Source: Chloroflexota bacterium (GTDB taxonomy: Bacteria > Chloroflexota > Dehalococcoidia > UBA2979). From it: 64,000 nt of DNA. Made by a program: the position numbers and the translations under genes. The notes beneath the pieces were generated by a model that did not search any database, was not told the DNA's origin, and worked only from the letters and a program-made list of their open reading frames with translations. The DNA lies in the NCBI GenBank assembly GCA_009840945.1, contig VXMU01000044.1:15945-79944 (forward strand), in the 5' to 3' direction. Below are positions 12,083 to 21,178 of the stretch, piece by piece (the first letter of the stretch is position 1; every line of letters starts with the position of its first letter).

Positions 12083-12480
12083 CAGGCGGGTGGCGCCGCC
12101 AGGGCCTCAGCGTCGGCGATGTAGTCTGCGGTCTCGCGGATGCGGCGCGTGGTCGTATCGAGGGGCTCGCACAGGCCGAGGTAGAAGCACTCGCCGTGCA
12201 GCTGGGCTTGCCGCGAGTAGAAGCGGCCCAGCAGAGTCTCGACCCCCGGATCCCGCTGGGCGAGCTCATTGAGTTGCCGGCTGGTCTCAGGCGACCGCTC
12301 CGGCTCGACGCCGGCCCGCGCGAGGATCAGCGCATCGGTGGCGCGCTTCGCAGCGCACCAGGCCTTCTCCGCTGCATCGCGGATGTCACCCGCCTCGAGT
12401 TGCTCGATGGCGGACGCGTCATCGCGCGGGCATCGTCGAACGTGGAGGTGGTGTCGGTCGGAGTCTCCGTCGCTGCTCCA
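12083..12480 (-). pseudogene. Open frame (~130 codons) encoding a helical protein with no ATG/GTG/TTG start; possible start-less pseudogene or non-canonical start
   Basis: Minus-strand frame reads ..AIEQLEAGDIRDAAEKAWCAAKRATDALILARAGVEPERSPETSRQLNELAQRDPGVETLLGRFYSRQAQLHGECFYLGLCEPLD..* ending at 12083; high coding-like periodicity but no standard initiator in frame. Confidence 0.2.
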
Positions 12481-12490
12481 GCCCCGCCGG

Positions 12491-13543
12491 CTACGGGTAG
12501 ATCGGCGTCCGTTCGAGGCCGAGCGTCTGGTCGTAGCCGAACATCAGATTGAGGTTCTGCAACGCGTTCCCGCTCTGCCCCTTGAGCAGGTTGTCGATCG
12601 ACGACATCACCACCACGCGGCTCTCGTCGGGCGAGGTGAGCAGCGAGATGTCGCAGAAGTTCGACCCCGCCGTGCCCTTGAGCGTGGGCGGCGTGTCCAG
12701 CACGCGCACGAACGGCGCGTCCGCGAAGAACTCGCGGTAGCGCTCCAGCAGCGCCTCGCGCGAGGCGGTGCGGGTGAGCGACATGTGCATCGTGCTGAGG
12801 ATGCCGCGCGTCATGCCCAGCAGGTGCGGGACGAAGTGCACGCTCGCGCCGCCGCCGGCGAGCCCGCCCAGCGTGTGTTCGGCCTCGACGACGTGCTGGT
12901 GGCTGAACACGCGGTACGGCACCACGTTGTCGTTGAGGTGCGAGAAGTGCTGGGCCGCGGCCGGCTTCTTGCCCGCGCCCGATGACCCCGTGAGCCCATC
13001 GACCGTGACCGTATTGCCCTCGACGAGCCCGTCGGCGAACAGCGGCGCGAGGCCGAGGATGATGCCGACCGCGAAGCAGCCGGGGTTCCCGACGATCGGC
13101 GACTCGGCGATGGCGTCGGTCAGCTCCGGCACGCCGTAGATCGCGCGGTCCAGGAGCGCCTCGGCGGCGTGCCCGTTGTCACCGATCGAGGGGTGCGCGG
13201 CGGCGTACTTCGCGTAGGAGGGGGCGTCGGGGAAGCGGAAGTCGCCCGAGTAGTCGAGGAAGCGCACGCCCGCGTCGGCCAGCGCCGGCGCGTAGCCCAT
13301 CGAGACGCGGTCGGGCGTGGCGAAGACGACGACATCGCAGTCGCTGCCGATCGAGGTGTCGTCGGGCGCCTGCACCACGAGGTCGGTGCGGCCGTGGAGG
13401 TGCGGGTAGACGTCGGCGATGCGCCTGCCGGCGTCGTCACGCGCGATCAGCGCGGATGCTTCGAGCTCGGGATGCTGCAGCAGCATCTCGATCATGCCGA
13501 GTCCGCCGTAGCCGGTTGCCCCCACGAGTTGCACGCGCGGCAT
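12491..13543 (-). CDS. argC: N-acetyl-gamma-glutamyl-phosphate reductase
   Basis: 350-aa protein with the ArgC N-terminus ([11 protein letters not shown]) and the catalytic-Cys region (GNPGCFAVG). Confidence 0.9.
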   Translation of the reverse strand: MPRVQLVGATGYGGLGMIEMLLQHPELEASALIARDDAGRRIADVYPHLHGRTDLVVQAPDDTSIGSDCDVVVFATPDRVSMGYAPALADAGVRFLDYSGDFRFPDAPSYAKYAAAHPSIGDNGHAAEALLDRAIYGVPELTDAIAESPIVGNPGCFAVGIILGLAPLFADGLVEGNTVTVDGLTGSSGAGKKPAAAQHFSHLNDNVVPYRVFSHQHVVEAEHTLGGLAGGGASVHFVPHLLGMTRGILSTMHMSLTRTASREALLERYREFFADAPFVRVLDTPPTLKGTAGSNFCDISLLTSPDESRVVVMSSIDNLLKGQSGNALQNLNLMFGYDQTLGLERTPIYP

Positions 13544-13618
13544 GGTGTCATCCTCCGGTCCGCATCCCGTCGAGTTGACAGCATAGGGGTGGCCCCGTCG
13601 GCGTGCTACGGTCGTGGC

Positions 13619-14155
13619 GTGACCACCGAGCGGCCCACCTGGCGCGACTTCCTGACGCTCGACGACGCCGCGTTACTCGCGCAGTGCGACTTCGACCGCT
13701 TCCGCGCGAGTGGGCCCGGCGGGCAGAAACGCAACGTCACCGACTCGGCGGTGCGGCTGCGGCACCGCCCCTCCGGCGTCAGCGCCGAGGCCAACGAGTC
13801 ACGGTCGCAGCACGAGAACCGGGCCCGCGCGCTGCGCCGCCTGCGCCGCGCCATCGCCGCGGAGCTGCGCGCCCCCGTGGACCTCGACGGTTACTCGCCG
13901 GCGCGGGAGATCGAGACGGTGCGCAACCGCGACGGGCGCATCGCCGTCGGCACGCGCGACGCGCGGTTCCTCCCGGCGCTCGCGGCGCTCTTCGACGTGC
14001 TTGAGGCGGCGGAGTGGCGCGTGAGTGACGCGGCGCGCGCCGCTGGCGTATCGACCGCCGCGCTCGGCCGGCTGCTCGCGCAGGACGCCGCCCTGTGGCG
14101 CGCAGCCAACGAGCGCCGCCGCGCGCACGGCCTGTCGGCGCTGCGGGCGAGGTAA
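13619..14155 (+). CDS. ArfB-like/class-I release-factor-domain protein (peptidyl-tRNA hydrolase domain with GGQ)
   Basis: GTG start; RF-1 domain with [19 protein letters not shown] plus an Arg-rich C-terminal tail. Confidence 0.75.
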   Translation: MTTERPTWRDFLTLDDAALLAQCDFDRFRASGPGGQKRNVTDSAVRLRHRPSGVSAEANESRSQHENRARALRRLRRAIAAELRAPVDLDGYSPAREIETVRNRDGRIAVGTRDARFLPALAALFDVLEAAEWRVSDAARAAGVSTAALGRLLAQDAALWRAANERRRAHGLSALRAR

Positions 14156-14350
14156 GCGAGGGCCCGACGGTCCGGCCCCCTCTCCCCCTGGGAGAGGGTG
14201 GGGGTGAGGGTCCGAGGGCTCCCCAATCGCCGCCCTGCGCCCCCGGAGCCGGAACCCCCTCACCCTAGCCCTCTCCCTCAAGGGAGAGGGGATCAGAAGG
14301 TCCGGCTTCCCTTCCCTGGGAGAGGGTTGGGTTGAGGGTCCGGCTGGCCC
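14156..14350. repeat. GC-rich nested palindromic intergenic repeat element, locus 1 (cores CCCTCTCCC..GGGAGAGGG and GGGTGAGGGTCCG)
   Basis: Between convergent genes; contains ccctctccccctgggagagggtgggggtgagggtccg and ccctctccctcaagggagaggg ... ccctgggagagggttgggttgagggtccgg; the same motifs recur at ~28.85-29.17 kb and ~54.2-54.47 kb. Confidence 0.75.
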
Positions 14351-14385
14351 CGCGCCCCATGCTCGCCCTTGCCAGAGACAGGTGG

Positions 14386-15630
14386 TTAGCGCAGGTCGAA
14401 CGGGCGGGACTCGATCGGGACGATCTTGCCGCCGCGGTACTCCCAGATCTCGACGAACCCCGTCTGGAGGTCGCCCGTCGCGTTCCAGTCGAGGGGCGAC
14501 GCCGCGCCGTCGTAGTCGATCTCCTCGCCGCTGCGCACGGCTTCGAGGGCGGCCGCGACGCCCTCCGGTCCCGCGAGGACGGTGCGGCCCGGCGGCTGGA
14601 CGACGTTGCGGAGCTGGTCGCGGATCGCGGCGCTGTCCGTGGAGCCCGCCGCCTCGGCGGCCAGCGCGATGGCGATCACCGCGTCGTAGCCCTCGCGCAC
14701 GTAGGCGCGCGCCGGCTCCTCGCCGAACTGCGCGATGTACGCCCGGTTCCACGCCGCCGTCGAGGGTTCCTGGGCGCTGCTACCGGGCGCCGTGCCCTTC
14801 ATCCCCTCGAGGTGCTCGGGGCCGATCATCGCGGCGAGACTTTCGCTGCGCGTGGCGTCGGCGAAGACGAACTTCGTGAAGACCTCGTTCTCGATCGACT
14901 CGCGCAGGAACACCTCGGCCTCACCGGGGAAGGCGATCACGACGAGCAGGTCGGCCCCGCCGCTCGCCGCCTGCTGCAGCTCCGCGAGGTACGTGGGCTG
15001 GCCGAGCGCGGAGTACGAGGCCGCCGTGACGTTGCCGGGGAAGTTGTCGATGAACACCTCGGCCGACCCCTGGCCGTAGGCGTCGTCGCGGTACAGCAGG
15101 CCGACGTTGTCGAGGCCCTCCTCCTCGGCGAGCGCGGCGAGCACCACGCCCTTCGCCACGTCGGAGGGGGCGCTGCGGAACAGGAAGTCGTTGTCGTTCG
15201 AGGTCGAGAGCGCGGGCGAGGAGGCCGACGGCGTGATCATCACCACGCCGGACGGCCCGATCACGCTCTCCGTGACTGCGAGCGTCACCGTGCTGGAGAT
15301 GGCCCCGACCATCGCCTGCACGCCCTCGACGTCGACGAGCCGGCGGGCCTCCTCGACGCCCTGCGTCGGGTTGACCTTCGTGTCGCCGAACAGCAGCTCC
15401 ACGTCGCGGCCGAGGACGCCGCCGGCCTCGTTGATGTGCTGCACGGCGAGCTCGACGCCGACGCTGATTACGTCGCCAAGCTCGGCGAGCGAGCCCGAGC
15501 GGTCGGCGAGGTAGCCGATGCGCAGCGGCTCGGCGCTGTCGTCACCGCCCTCGCCGTCGTCGCACGCAACCACGAGTGCGACGGCGAGGAGCGGGAGTGC
15601 GAGCCAGCGGGCAATCACGACTATTGTCAC
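14386..15630 (-). CDS. ABC transporter substrate-binding lipoprotein, branched-chain amino acid (Liv/PBP type-1) family
   Basis: Lipobox LVVAC; periplasmic-binding-protein type-1 fold signatures. Confidence 0.8.
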   Translation of the reverse strand: MTIVVIARWLALPLLAVALVVACDDGEGGDDSAEPLRIGYLADRSGSLAELGDVISVGVELAVQHINEAGGVLGRDVELLFGDTKVNPTQGVEEARRLVDVEGVQAMVGAISSTVTLAVTESVIGPSGVVMITPSASSPALSTSNDNDFLFRSAPSDVAKGVVLAALAEEEGLDNVGLLYRDDAYGQGSAEVFIDNFPGNVTAASYSALGQPTYLAELQQAASGGADLLVVIAFPGEAEVFLRESIENEVFTKFVFADATRSESLAAMIGPEHLEGMKGTAPGSSAQEPSTAAWNRAYIAQFGEEPARAYVREGYDAVIAIALAAEAAGSTDSAAIRDQLRNVVQPPGRTVLAGPEGVAAALEAVRSGEEIDYDGAASPLDWNATGDLQTGFVEIWEYRGGKIVPIESRPFDLR

Positions 15631-15738
15631 GTCTGCAGCCTACACTGCGACGGCATATCAGACAGGTCGGGACCGACGCGGGGCGCCGAGCATCCGCGGA
15701 CGGCCGTCCGCTCATCACGTCCGGCGGTGGAGCAGTAG

Positions 15739-17505
15739 GTGACGATGCTGAACGAGCACCTCAGGTACGAGCCCGAGGAGAGCCCTCCGCACTTGCTCTC
15801 CGCGGGCCTGGGACTCCAGGCGACCGCAATCCTGCTGGCTCCGATCGTGGTGACGGTGGCCATCATCATGCGGGCGGCCGAGCAGCCCGAGAGCTACCTG
15901 ACCTGGGCCGTCTTCTGCGCGCTCGTGATCAGCGGTGGGGTCACGATGCTCCAGGCGGCGCGCATCGGACGCTTCGGGTCCGGGTACATCCTCTTCATGG
16001 GGACGTCCCCGACCTTCCTCGTCATCTGCGTCCTCGCGATCGACGCCGGGGGACCGGCCATGATGGCGACGTTGATCGTCGCCTCGTCGCTGGCGTACTT
16101 CCTGCTGGCCGCGCGGCTGGCGACGCTGCGACGGGTCATCACGCCCCTCGTGTCGGGCGTCGTGATCATGCTGCTCGCCGCGATGGCAGCGCCGATCGTG
16201 TTCGGCATGCTGGCGAACGTCCCCGACTCCACGCCCGACGTCGCCGCTCCGGTCATCGCGCTGGTGACGGTCGGCGCGGTCACGCCGCTGGCGCTGCGCG
16301 GACCGAAGACGGTGCAGCTGTGGGCGCCTCTCATCGGCGTGGGTCTCGGCTGCCTGGTGTCGTCCTTCTGGGGGCTCTACGACTATCAGAGCGTCCTCGA
16401 TGCCGGGTGGATCGGGCTGCCCGCGATCGAGTGGGCGGGGCTGAACGTGGGGCTGGGCGCCGAGTTCTGGGCGCTCCTGCTCACGTTCGTGCTCGTCTCG
16501 CTCGTGAGCGCGCTCGAGACGGTCGGCGACGGAGTGGCGGTCCAGCAGGTCTCGCGCAGGGAGCCCCGGACCACCGACTTCCGCGTCATCCAGGGGGCGC
16601 TCAACGCGGACGGGCTCGGCAATGTGCTGTCCGGCCTCACCGGCACGGTGCCCAACACGACCTACTCGTCCAGTATCCCGTTGATCGCGCTCACCGGGGT
16701 GGCGGCGCGGCGCGTGGGGGTCTACGCGGGCGCGATTCTCGCCGCCTCGGCCTTCTTCCCGAAGATCGCGGCCCTGCTGCTCGCCATCCCCGCACCCGTC
16801 GTTGGCGCGTACGTGACGGTGTTCCTCGCGCTCGTGTTCGTCGAGGGGCTCAAGACCGTTGCGCACGACGGGCTGGACCAGCAGAAGACGCTGATCCTCG
16901 GGATGGCCTTCTGGACCGGCATCGGGTTCGAGTACAAGTTCGTCTTCCCGGACCTGCTCAGCGGGTCGCTGGGGACCATCCTCGGCAACGGCATGGTCGT
17001 CGGCGGGATCGTCGCGATCGTCCTGATCCAGTTCATCGGCCTCTCACGTCGTCGCAGGCGCGCGAGGTTCGAGTTGAGCGCGTCGGTCGTGCCGCAGCTC
17101 GACGAGTTCCTCGACGCGTTCGCGTCACGGATCGGCTGGGACGAGGCTGCTACCGACCGCCTGCGCTCGGCGGGCGAGGAGACCCTCGCGAGCCTGCTGC
17201 AGGACGACGACGAGGCGAGCACCGGGAAGCAGCTGGTCGTGACCCTCGACGTGACGGACGACGTGGCGGAGATGGAGTTCTCCGCGGTGCTGGGCGACGA
17301 GAACCTCGAGGACCGGCTGGCATACCTGCCCGAGCAGCCGGAGATCGAGGACGAGCGCGAGATCTCGTTCCGGCTCCTCCGCCACTACGCCTCGTCGGTC
17401 CGCCACCAGAAGTACCACAACGCCGACATCATCACGGTGCTGGTCGACGGCAACAGGCAGCAGGACGAAGCAGGCGCCCGGCAGACAGCCCCCGCACAGG
17501 ACTGA
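15739..17505 (+). CDS. Nucleobase:cation symporter-2 (xanthine/uracil permease family) with a ~150-aa cytoplasmic C-terminal extension
   Basis: NCS2 signature region (..QGALNADGLGNVLSGLTGTVPNTTYSSSIPLIALTG..). Confidence 0.8.
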   Translation: MTMLNEHLRYEPEESPPHLLSAGLGLQATAILLAPIVVTVAIIMRAAEQPESYLTWAVFCALVISGGVTMLQAARIGRFGSGYILFMGTSPTFLVICVLAIDAGGPAMMATLIVASSLAYFLLAARLATLRRVITPLVSGVVIMLLAAMAAPIVFGMLANVPDSTPDVAAPVIALVTVGAVTPLALRGPKTVQLWAPLIGVGLGCLVSSFWGLYDYQSVLDAGWIGLPAIEWAGLNVGLGAEFWALLLTFVLVSLVSALETVGDGVAVQQVSRREPRTTDFRVIQGALNADGLGNVLSGLTGTVPNTTYSSSIPLIALTGVAARRVGVYAGAILAASAFFPKIAALLLAIPAPVVGAYVTVFLALVFVEGLKTVAHDGLDQQKTLILGMAFWTGIGFEYKFVFPDLLSGSLGTILGNGMVVGGIVAIVLIQFIGLSRRRRRARFELSASVVPQLDEFLDAFASRIGWDEAATDRLRSAGEETLASLLQDDDEASTGKQLVVTLDVTDDVAEMEFSAVLGDENLEDRLAYLPEQPEIEDEREISFRLLRHYASSVRHQKYHNADIITVLVDGNRQQDEAGARQTAPAQD

Positions 17506-17517
17506 CCGCCGCCGGTA

Positions 17518-17829
17518 TCAGGCGCGCTCGATCGTCGCGGTCAGCCCGTGGGACTCGAGGCGGTCGCGGTACAGCTCGGCGCGCTCCAGCGGGCAGGCGA
17601 TGACCTCGGCGCGGCCGCGCAGGTGCGCCTCGATCATGATCGCCATCGCGCGCTCCGTGTCGAGCTCGGGCACCGACTCGAGCAGCGCGCGCACCACGTG
17701 CCCCATCTCGTTCACGTCGTCGTTGTGCAGCACGACGACGTAGGGCGGCAGCGTCTCGTCCAGCGAGCGCTCGCCCAGCTCGGGGTCGCGCGTGGGCGTG
17801 GACGGCGTTGGGCCGGGCGGCGAGGTCAT
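17518..17829 (-). CDS. clpS: ATP-dependent Clp protease adaptor ClpS
   Basis: 103-aa protein with the ClpS core (YVVVLHNDDVNEMGHVVRALL..AMAIMIEAHLRGRAEV). Confidence 0.85.
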   Translation of the reverse strand: MTSPPGPTPSTPTRDPELGERSLDETLPPYVVVLHNDDVNEMGHVVRALLESVPELDTERAMAIMIEAHLRGRAEVIACPLERAELYRDRLESHGLTATIERA

Positions 17830-17940
17830 GGCGCGTCACTTGCCGGGCGGTACATGGCCGGCATGATGCCTGATCGCCACACCGTGCCGCACGAGGACGT
17901 GCAGCCGGCTCAATGAGGGTGGGATCGACGGGGCACGAGC

Positions 17941-19512
17941 TTACCGGAGCGCATACTCGGCAGCCCGGTCATTGCGTTCGGTTACGCCGCCGATGCGGAA
18001 GTGGAGGGTCTGTTCGGCTGGGTCGAATCTCACATTAGCGTTCAACAAGGCGTTGACGGAGTCGTCATACGGGTATCGCGTGGCGACGCGCACAGGCGGG
18101 ACGCCATCCCCCTGGGGTGGCTCGACGGTGACGTACCATTCGGGGGCCGCTATGGGGACAGTTGGCTCGCCGACCAGCTCGATCGTTATCGGTACGCGGC
18201 CGTTCATCGTGGCGGAGCCACCGACGAGCGGGAACTTCAATGAGCCGATCCAGGTCGTGACGTCGGCGCCCACATCGGTAATCCACACGCTGAACCACTC
18301 ACCATCGTCTCCCAGACCGTCGGGTGCGATCCGCGCGCGGTAATCCCCGGCACTCCAGTCATATTCCCGCCGGACTCCAATGAAGTCCCCCTCGTGTCCA
18401 GAAGACTCGGTCCATCCGTCTGTGGGTGCGGCTCTCGCATTGGCAAGGTTCCGAGTGCCCCACCTGGAGAAAATCGCCCCCTTGCCTCGATCGACCTGAC
18501 CGAGACGGTTGTCCACGTGCTGGACATCGGACTGAAGCCCGAAATAGAACGCCGCTCCGGAGATGCTGTTCTGCATGAGAATGAGGTAGTAGCTATTCTC
18601 ATCCGACCAGTCGCCTACGTCGTTCCGAATCGTGAAGTCCACGATCACTTCTCGCAGACGGTCGTGACCCCGTTCCCAGTACCATTCCGCGTACGCGGGC
18701 GCCATTGGCGGTGATATCGGCTTGTACAAGTAATCGCGTCCGGGAATCCGAGCGAGCGTGGTCACGCTGACGGACTCCGAAGCCTGTCCCTTTCCGAAGC
18801 TGTTGACCGCGTGGAGCGTGTACACATAGCCGAGGTCGTAGAGGACGTCGGTGTCGACGTAATGCGTCTCGGCACTCCAGGTCTGCACCACATGGGACCC
18901 ACCGAAGCGGTCCTCGAAGATTCTGACTAGCTCGTAGCTGGTGATCGTGTCGTCGCCCGGGTCGTCCCATTCGAGGACCACACCACGGTGGGTTGCGACG
19001 GCGGTCAGCCCGGTGGGGGCGAACGGCGGGGCGATGACTCGCACCGCCTCAGTCGCGCTCCACGGGCCGGTGCGGATCGAGTCCTCGTCTGAGCCGTCCT
19101 GGCGTCGAGCTCGTACGCGCACCTTGTACATCGTGCCCGCATCGAGACCCGTGACCACGTGCGATGCCACCGAGGGGTAAGCGTTGCCCGCATCGTCGGT
19201 CGGCGGCCGGAAGTCGTCGCTGAGCTTGGCCCAGCTCACGTGGTAGTCGGTGGGTGCGGGGTCGGCGTGGGTCCAGCTGATCCGCAGCATGCCGCGGGCG
19301 GGACTCGAGAGGCGCAGCTCCCGTACCTCGCCGACCGGCGCAGCGGTCGGGGTGGACGTCGGTGTGGGCATGGGTGGGGAGGTCGACTCCGCGGCGGGCT
19401 CGAGGGTGGCCGGTGCGGGAGGATTCCGTTCCGCCTCGCACGCGGTCGCAATGAGGAGCAGCCCGGCAATCAGGCACGCAATCCCGCAGCGGAGATTGGA
19501 TCGGCGCGGCAT
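17941..19512 (-). CDS. Secreted lipoprotein with two fibronectin type-III domains and a ~280-aa C-terminal domain of unknown function; lower GC
   Basis: Lipobox IATAC, a Pro/Thr linker, two FN3-like segments (..LRISWTHADPAPTDYHVSW..; ..VVLEWDDPGDDTITSYELVR..); composition clearly less GC-rich than flanks. Confidence 0.6.
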   Translation of the reverse strand: MPRRSNLRCGIACLIAGLLLIATACEAERNPPAPATLEPAAESTSPPMPTPTSTPTAAPVGEVRELRLSSPARGMLRISWTHADPAPTDYHVSWAKLSDDFRPPTDDAGNAYPSVASHVVTGLDAGTMYKVRVRARRQDGSDEDSIRTGPWSATEAVRVIAPPFAPTGLTAVATHRGVVLEWDDPGDDTITSYELVRIFEDRFGGSHVVQTWSAETHYVDTDVLYDLGYVYTLHAVNSFGKGQASESVSVTTLARIPGRDYLYKPISPPMAPAYAEWYWERGHDRLREVIVDFTIRNDVGDWSDENSYYLILMQNSISGAAFYFGLQSDVQHVDNRLGQVDRGKGAIFSRWGTRNLANARAAPTDGWTESSGHEGDFIGVRREYDWSAGDYRARIAPDGLGDDGEWFSVWITDVGADVTTWIGSLKFPLVGGSATMNGRVPITIELVGEPTVPIAAPEWYVTVEPPQGDGVPPVRVATRYPYDDSVNALLNANVRFDPAEQTLHFRIGGVTERNDRAAEYALR

Positions 19513-19647
19513 GGTCGGGGCGCAATCCCTCTATCCGTAGGGCGGCAACAGTCCAACGTAGCGACACAGTAGCACGACTGAGTCGAGCGCATCACGCCGG
19601 CGCTGACGGCGTCGGGGTTGGGCCGCGAGGTCGTTGCCCGTCGGGCG

Positions 19648-20082
19648 TCAGTCGTAGCGCCAGGTGATCGTGCGCTTCGGGCGCAGTCGCAGGTATGCCG
19701 CGCCGGGGCGAGCCTCGGTGGGCGCGTCGTCGTCGGCGCCGCCGCGCAGGCGGTGCGCCTCGCGCTCCAGCTCCAGCCGCGCGGCCGGGTCGCGTACGAC
19801 CTCGATGTCGCCCTGCAGCAGCGCCCCGCTGAGGTCGCCACCGGCCCGCGACCCGGTCACGGTGAGCGAGCCGCGCGGGTCGCGCTCGGCGTTGCGGATC
19901 TTCTGCGAGCCGTCCGGCGTGCCCAGCAGGATGTCGTCCCCGATGCGGAAGTAGCCGAGCGGCACCACGTGCGGGTAGCCCTCGCGGTCGAGGGTAGCGA
20001 GCAGCCCCCACTCGCTGCCGGTGCCCGCGTCCAGGTAGTCGCGGAGCTCGTCGCCTTCCATGCTGCGTGACTGCATCGTCAT
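19648..20082 (-). CDS. Pyridoxamine 5'-phosphate oxidase-family (PPOX class, F420/FMN-binding split-barrel) protein
   Basis: 144-aa protein with the PNPOx-like pattern (GLLATLDREGYPHVVPLGYF..); its ATG overlaps the upstream GNAT gene stop (ATGA). Confidence 0.7.
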   Translation of the reverse strand: MTMQSRSMEGDELRDYLDAGTGSEWGLLATLDREGYPHVVPLGYFRIGDDILLGTPDGSQKIRNAERDPRGSLTVTGSRAGGDLSGALLQGDIEVVRDPAARLELEREAHRLRGGADDDAPTEARPGAAYLRLRPKRTITWRYD

Positions 20083-21080
20083 GTCGTGCCTCCTTCGGTC
20101 TCGTCGAACTCGATGTCCATCCAGCGGTGCTCGATGCCGGCGTCGAGGAAGACCTCGCCGCGTGCGACGTAGCCGAGCTTCGCGTAGAAGCCGACCGCGT
20201 ACTCTTGCGCGGCCAGCGTGCATCCGGCGTGTCCGCGCCGTCGCGCCTCCTCGTGCAACGCCTCCATGATACCGACCCCCCAGTAGCGCCCTCGCTCCGA
20301 CTGGAGCACCGCCACGCGGCCGATGTGCGGGTACTCCCCGTGGGGCTGGTCGAGGAGCAGCCGGGCGGTGGCCACCGGCCGGCCGTCGAGGCGGCCAAGG
20401 ACGTGGACGGCGTCGGTCACCGTCGCCGGGTCGGCGTCGTAGCGGTCGATCTCCTCGTCCTCGTCGATGCGCTGCTCCTCGATGAACACCGCGCGGCGCA
20501 CGGACAGCGCGTCCGCCATCTCCTCGGGCGTCGTGACGACGGAGACGCGGAAGCCGGGCGTGACGAGCGCCTCGAACTCCTCGGGCGACTGCAGCGTGAG
20601 CTGCATCTCGACGATGTCGTGCCAGCGCCCGAACTTGTAGCCGAACTGGCGGCGCAGCGCCGTGCGCTCGAAGCCCAGCGACTCGAACAGCCCGATGCTG
20701 GCGGTGTTCTCCGAGGTGATGCGCGCGATGAGCACGTGCATCCGGCGCTCGCGAGCGCCCTCGATGACCGCTTCGACGAGCTGCCGGCCGACGCCCGTGC
20801 GGTGGTGGTCGGGGTCGATGTAGACCGTGACCTCGCGCGTGAAGCGGAAGCCGAACTTCTGCATCGGCGAGAGATACGCGAAGCCGATCACCGTCTCGTC
20901 GCCCTGGGCGACGATCACCAGCTCGTCGCGGTACGTCTCCATCCACGCCCGACGCCGCGCGTCCGTCCACGGCCACTCGTCGAGCGTCGCGACGCCCTCG
21001 AGGATCTCGCGGTTGTAGATGCGCTGGATCGCGGGCACGTCGTGCGCGCCCGCGGGTCGGACCGTGATCGGTTCTGCCAC
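20079..21080 (-). CDS. Tandem GNAT N-acetyltransferase (two GNAT domains)
   Basis: Two acetyl-CoA-binding motifs (RTGVGRQLVEAVIEGARE.. and ..GVGIMEALHEEARRRG..), each in a ~160-aa GNAT fold. Confidence 0.8.
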   Translation of the reverse strand: MAEPITVRPAGAHDVPAIQRIYNREILEGVATLDEWPWTDARRRAWMETYRDELVIVAQGDETVIGFAYLSPMQKFGFRFTREVTVYIDPDHHRTGVGRQLVEAVIEGARERRMHVLIARITSENTASIGLFESLGFERTALRRQFGYKFGRWHDIVEMQLTLQSPEEFEALVTPGFRVSVVTTPEEMADALSVRRAVFIEEQRIDEDEEIDRYDADPATVTDAVHVLGRLDGRPVATARLLLDQPHGEYPHIGRVAVLQSERGRYWGVGIMEALHEEARRRGHAGCTLAAQEYAVGFYAKLGYVARGEVFLDAGIEHRWMDIEFDETEGGTT

Positions 21081-21178
21081 GCGCTCCCTGCCTCCTTGGC
21101 CCGTCCACGCTCGGCGGGATTCTACCGGCCCGCCGCGCCGTTTCGCGTATCCTGCCGGGCGTGCGAGGGGAGGGCGAG

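Noticed and set aside
13590-13618. TTGACA-containing putative promoter upstream of the ArfB-like gene
   Set aside because: A -35-like TTGACA is present but no convincing -10 hexamer lies at 16-19 bp spacing; too weak to annotate.
14156-14350. CRISPR array interpretation of the GC-rich repeats
   Set aside because: The repeats are not regularly spaced direct repeats with unique spacers. They are irregular nested palindromes, and no cas genes are present.
15576-17603. 675-aa and other long Arg-rich ORFs (15576-17603 +, 14332-15738 +, 10028-11512 -, 37697-39784 +, 59216-60802 +, 3228-4532 -)
   Set aside because: All overlap, in alternative frames or antisense, genes with strong family signatures (NCS2 permease, Liv SBP, PQQ dehydrogenase, APH kinase, alpha/beta hydrolase/LLM, ClpB); the composition is typical of GC-frame artefacts.
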